This document shows positions 62,034 through 64,000 of a stretch of DNA of 64,000 nt, piece by piece. The notes under the pieces were generated by a model, which had not been told where the DNA came from, made no database searches, and worked only from the letters and a program-made list of their open reading frames with translations. Each line of letters begins with the position of its first letter. Position 1 is the stretch's first letter. Origin of the DNA: Ascoidea asiatica JCM 7603 (lineage: Eukaryota > Fungi > Ascomycota); assembly GCA_001600695.1 (NCBI GenBank), contig BCKQ01000008.1:223781-287780 (forward strand), read 5' to 3'. A program made the position numbers and the translations under genes.

Positions 62034-62744
62034 TTTTTTTAAAATATCTCAAATTAAAACTTTCTTTGATTAATTATTGATTATATTAGTGATATTGATA
62101 TTATATTATATTATATTATATTGATATATTAAAGATTATAATTTCATTACGTATAAAGCAAATGAAATAAATAAAACCTTTTGATAAAATATTAGTGATA
62201 AGTTGAACTGAATGATATAATTAGAAAGATTATAAAAGAATTATAGATTGATTGATTAGGAATTGTTGAGATTAATTGCTTGGATTGTGAAGTAATGCAA
62301 ATACTAGTACTAAATAAAGCAATGATATATTAATTATTTGATATTTAAAAACAAATTTAGATATGAATAAGAATATGAATAAGAAATTGGTTGTGAATGT
62401 GAATGTGAATGTGAATTGAATTGAATTGAATTGAATTGAATTAGGGTTAAAAAAAAGAACTTTTATCAATTTCAAATTAAATTTGATTAAAATGAATGTA
62501 TTTTTTATTCGATTCTTACTATTTTATTACTCAATTGAAATAAAATTGATAAAAGAAAGAAAATATATTTAATATTTAATATTTAATATCTATTATCTAT
62601 TATCTTTAATATATTAGATAGATATAACCAGTTAAAAATGTAAAAAAAAGGGAGAATTGCATTAGAAACTTGGTTAAAAAGTTTATGGATAATGAAATTA
62701 CAGTATTAATGAAAGAATAAAGATTTTATAATATTACATACAGC

Positions 62745-63300
62745 AGGGCCCATTGCCCATTGCCTGCCCATTGCACTCTATTCTATTCTATTCAGTTCTA
62801 TTCATAGCAGAGTGCTTAGCAGAGTGCGTAACAGAGTACACTACATACATTGGTAAGTAATGTAAGTAATGTAAGCAGTGTAAGTAAAGTCAGTAATGGT
62901 ACAAATGCCATACCGTACCAGCGTAGAGCTCCAGCGTAGAGCTCCACCGTAGAGCTCCACCGTAGAGCTCCACCGTAGAACACGGAGTTCTGAGAGAGGT
63001 CTGGCCAGTGGGCGCTAAATGCACGAGCTCCTCGCCGTCTACACTTCTTGGTGGGATTGCAATGTGTTACGTCGGTGTTGAGGTTCAGGAGCATTCGCAG
63101 ACTCCATCCTTCCCGTTCACTCGGTCACGAAACTTCACAGACGCGAGCCTTGCAACTGGACACTTCGCACAAAGCTCGTGCATATCCTAGCAGCTTCCCT
63201 CACACAGGGCGCACCACATAAGACCTTGGTTTGCGTTCAATGGCCGGCAATTTCAAGTCTGAGTATCAGCTCAGGCAGCTAGTCTACTCCTTGTTTGTGA
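62745..63300. promoter_or_regulatory. GC-rich island upstream of MDS3 with tandem units (CGTAGAGCTCCAC x~4, GTAAGTAAT, GCCCATT)
   Basis: Sharp GC rise 0.7-1.3 kb upstream of the MDS3 ATG; the 13-mer array lies at ~62920-62978. A regulatory role is inferred from position only. Confidence 0.45.
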
Positions 63301-64000
63301 ACTGAATCAAAATTTGTGCTGTACAGTAGCAGAAGTACATTTGTTAGAACATTTGTTAGAACATTTGTTAGTACACTGTTCAATAAACCACAATTGAACA
63401 ATTAATTTCTTCTTCTTCTTCAGATCATCTTTATCATCAAACAAGTTTATAAAAACTTATTGTGGTCCCAGATCAGATTCTGTTCCAGCCAATAATATCT
63501 CCCAGTGCCTCATTGGAGTATACACTTGTGACTACTTTTGCAATGTAAATCCTAAAGCTAATTTGGATTTACCATTATTGAATATGCATATTTCATTCAC
63601 AAATTTACATATTTCTCGCAATTTCAATATTTGATTTTCGAATTCTGCAGAACAATTGAATTTTGTAAGCTAAATATGAATAAATAAAAAGCTGCCAAAA
63701 ATGTATGTAAGTGTTTATCAATGTACAAACGCATACTGATGCTCCAGCAAAGCTAGCAAAGCTAGCAAAGCTAGCAATAAGATTAACTTTTTTCAATATC
63801 ATGTGTTTCTTTAAGATAAATTTATGAATTTAAATTTTCAATTACAAAAATGGAATGATTTTGAATATTTATTGAATTACTTCAATTTAATTCAAATCTC
63901 AATAATAAAAAAATTTATTATAAATTTAATAATTCTCTTTATTATTTGATAATTGTTTTTAATTAATGTTATTTAATTTTTAAATTCATTCAAAATATTG

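Noticed and set aside
32808-63371. CRISPR-like or telomeric arrays
   Set aside because: The tandem units have no unique spacers, are few-copy and heterogeneous, and the host is a eukaryote. These are ordinary minisatellites.

Overview
Very AT-rich budding-yeast (Saccharomycotina) nuclear DNA. The composition and poly-Asn proteins would fit an Ascoidea-like lineage, but that is inference. Protein genes in order: AIM14/YNO1 (5'-truncated), a FRE-family ferric reductase, two paralogous PGA29/30/31-like cell-wall proteins, HIF1/NASP, UGA1, a TDA7-like Ser/Thr-rich membrane protein, ECM29, BUB3 (two exons; the ORF track misses the 5' part), an ENT4-like ENTH protein, two orphan membrane-protein loci (one frameshifted), MLP1/TPR, an EFH1-like APSES factor and MDS3/PMD1. 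There are four tRNA genes: Ile-AAT, Ala-TGC, intron-containing Trp-CCA and Val-CAC. Gene names come from remembered homologue motifs, not database searches. Signals the ORF track does not show: (1) a ~650-nt GC-enriched, heavily base-paired non-coding island between convergent genes, with an Sm-like site and a 1.75-repeat CA-rich motif, which is a candidate telomerase RNA or other structured ncRNA; (2) an inverted duplication bracketing MLP1, whose inner ~360 bp are near-identical while the outer gene copy has decayed; (3) a very young ubiquitin pseudogene lying tail-to-tail with a zinc-ribbon transposase-like relic; (4) clustered TACWGTA motifs resembling Tc1/mariner excision footprints; (5) a 5'-AT-rich compositional polarity in long genes; (6) CTG codons inside Ser-rich tracts.
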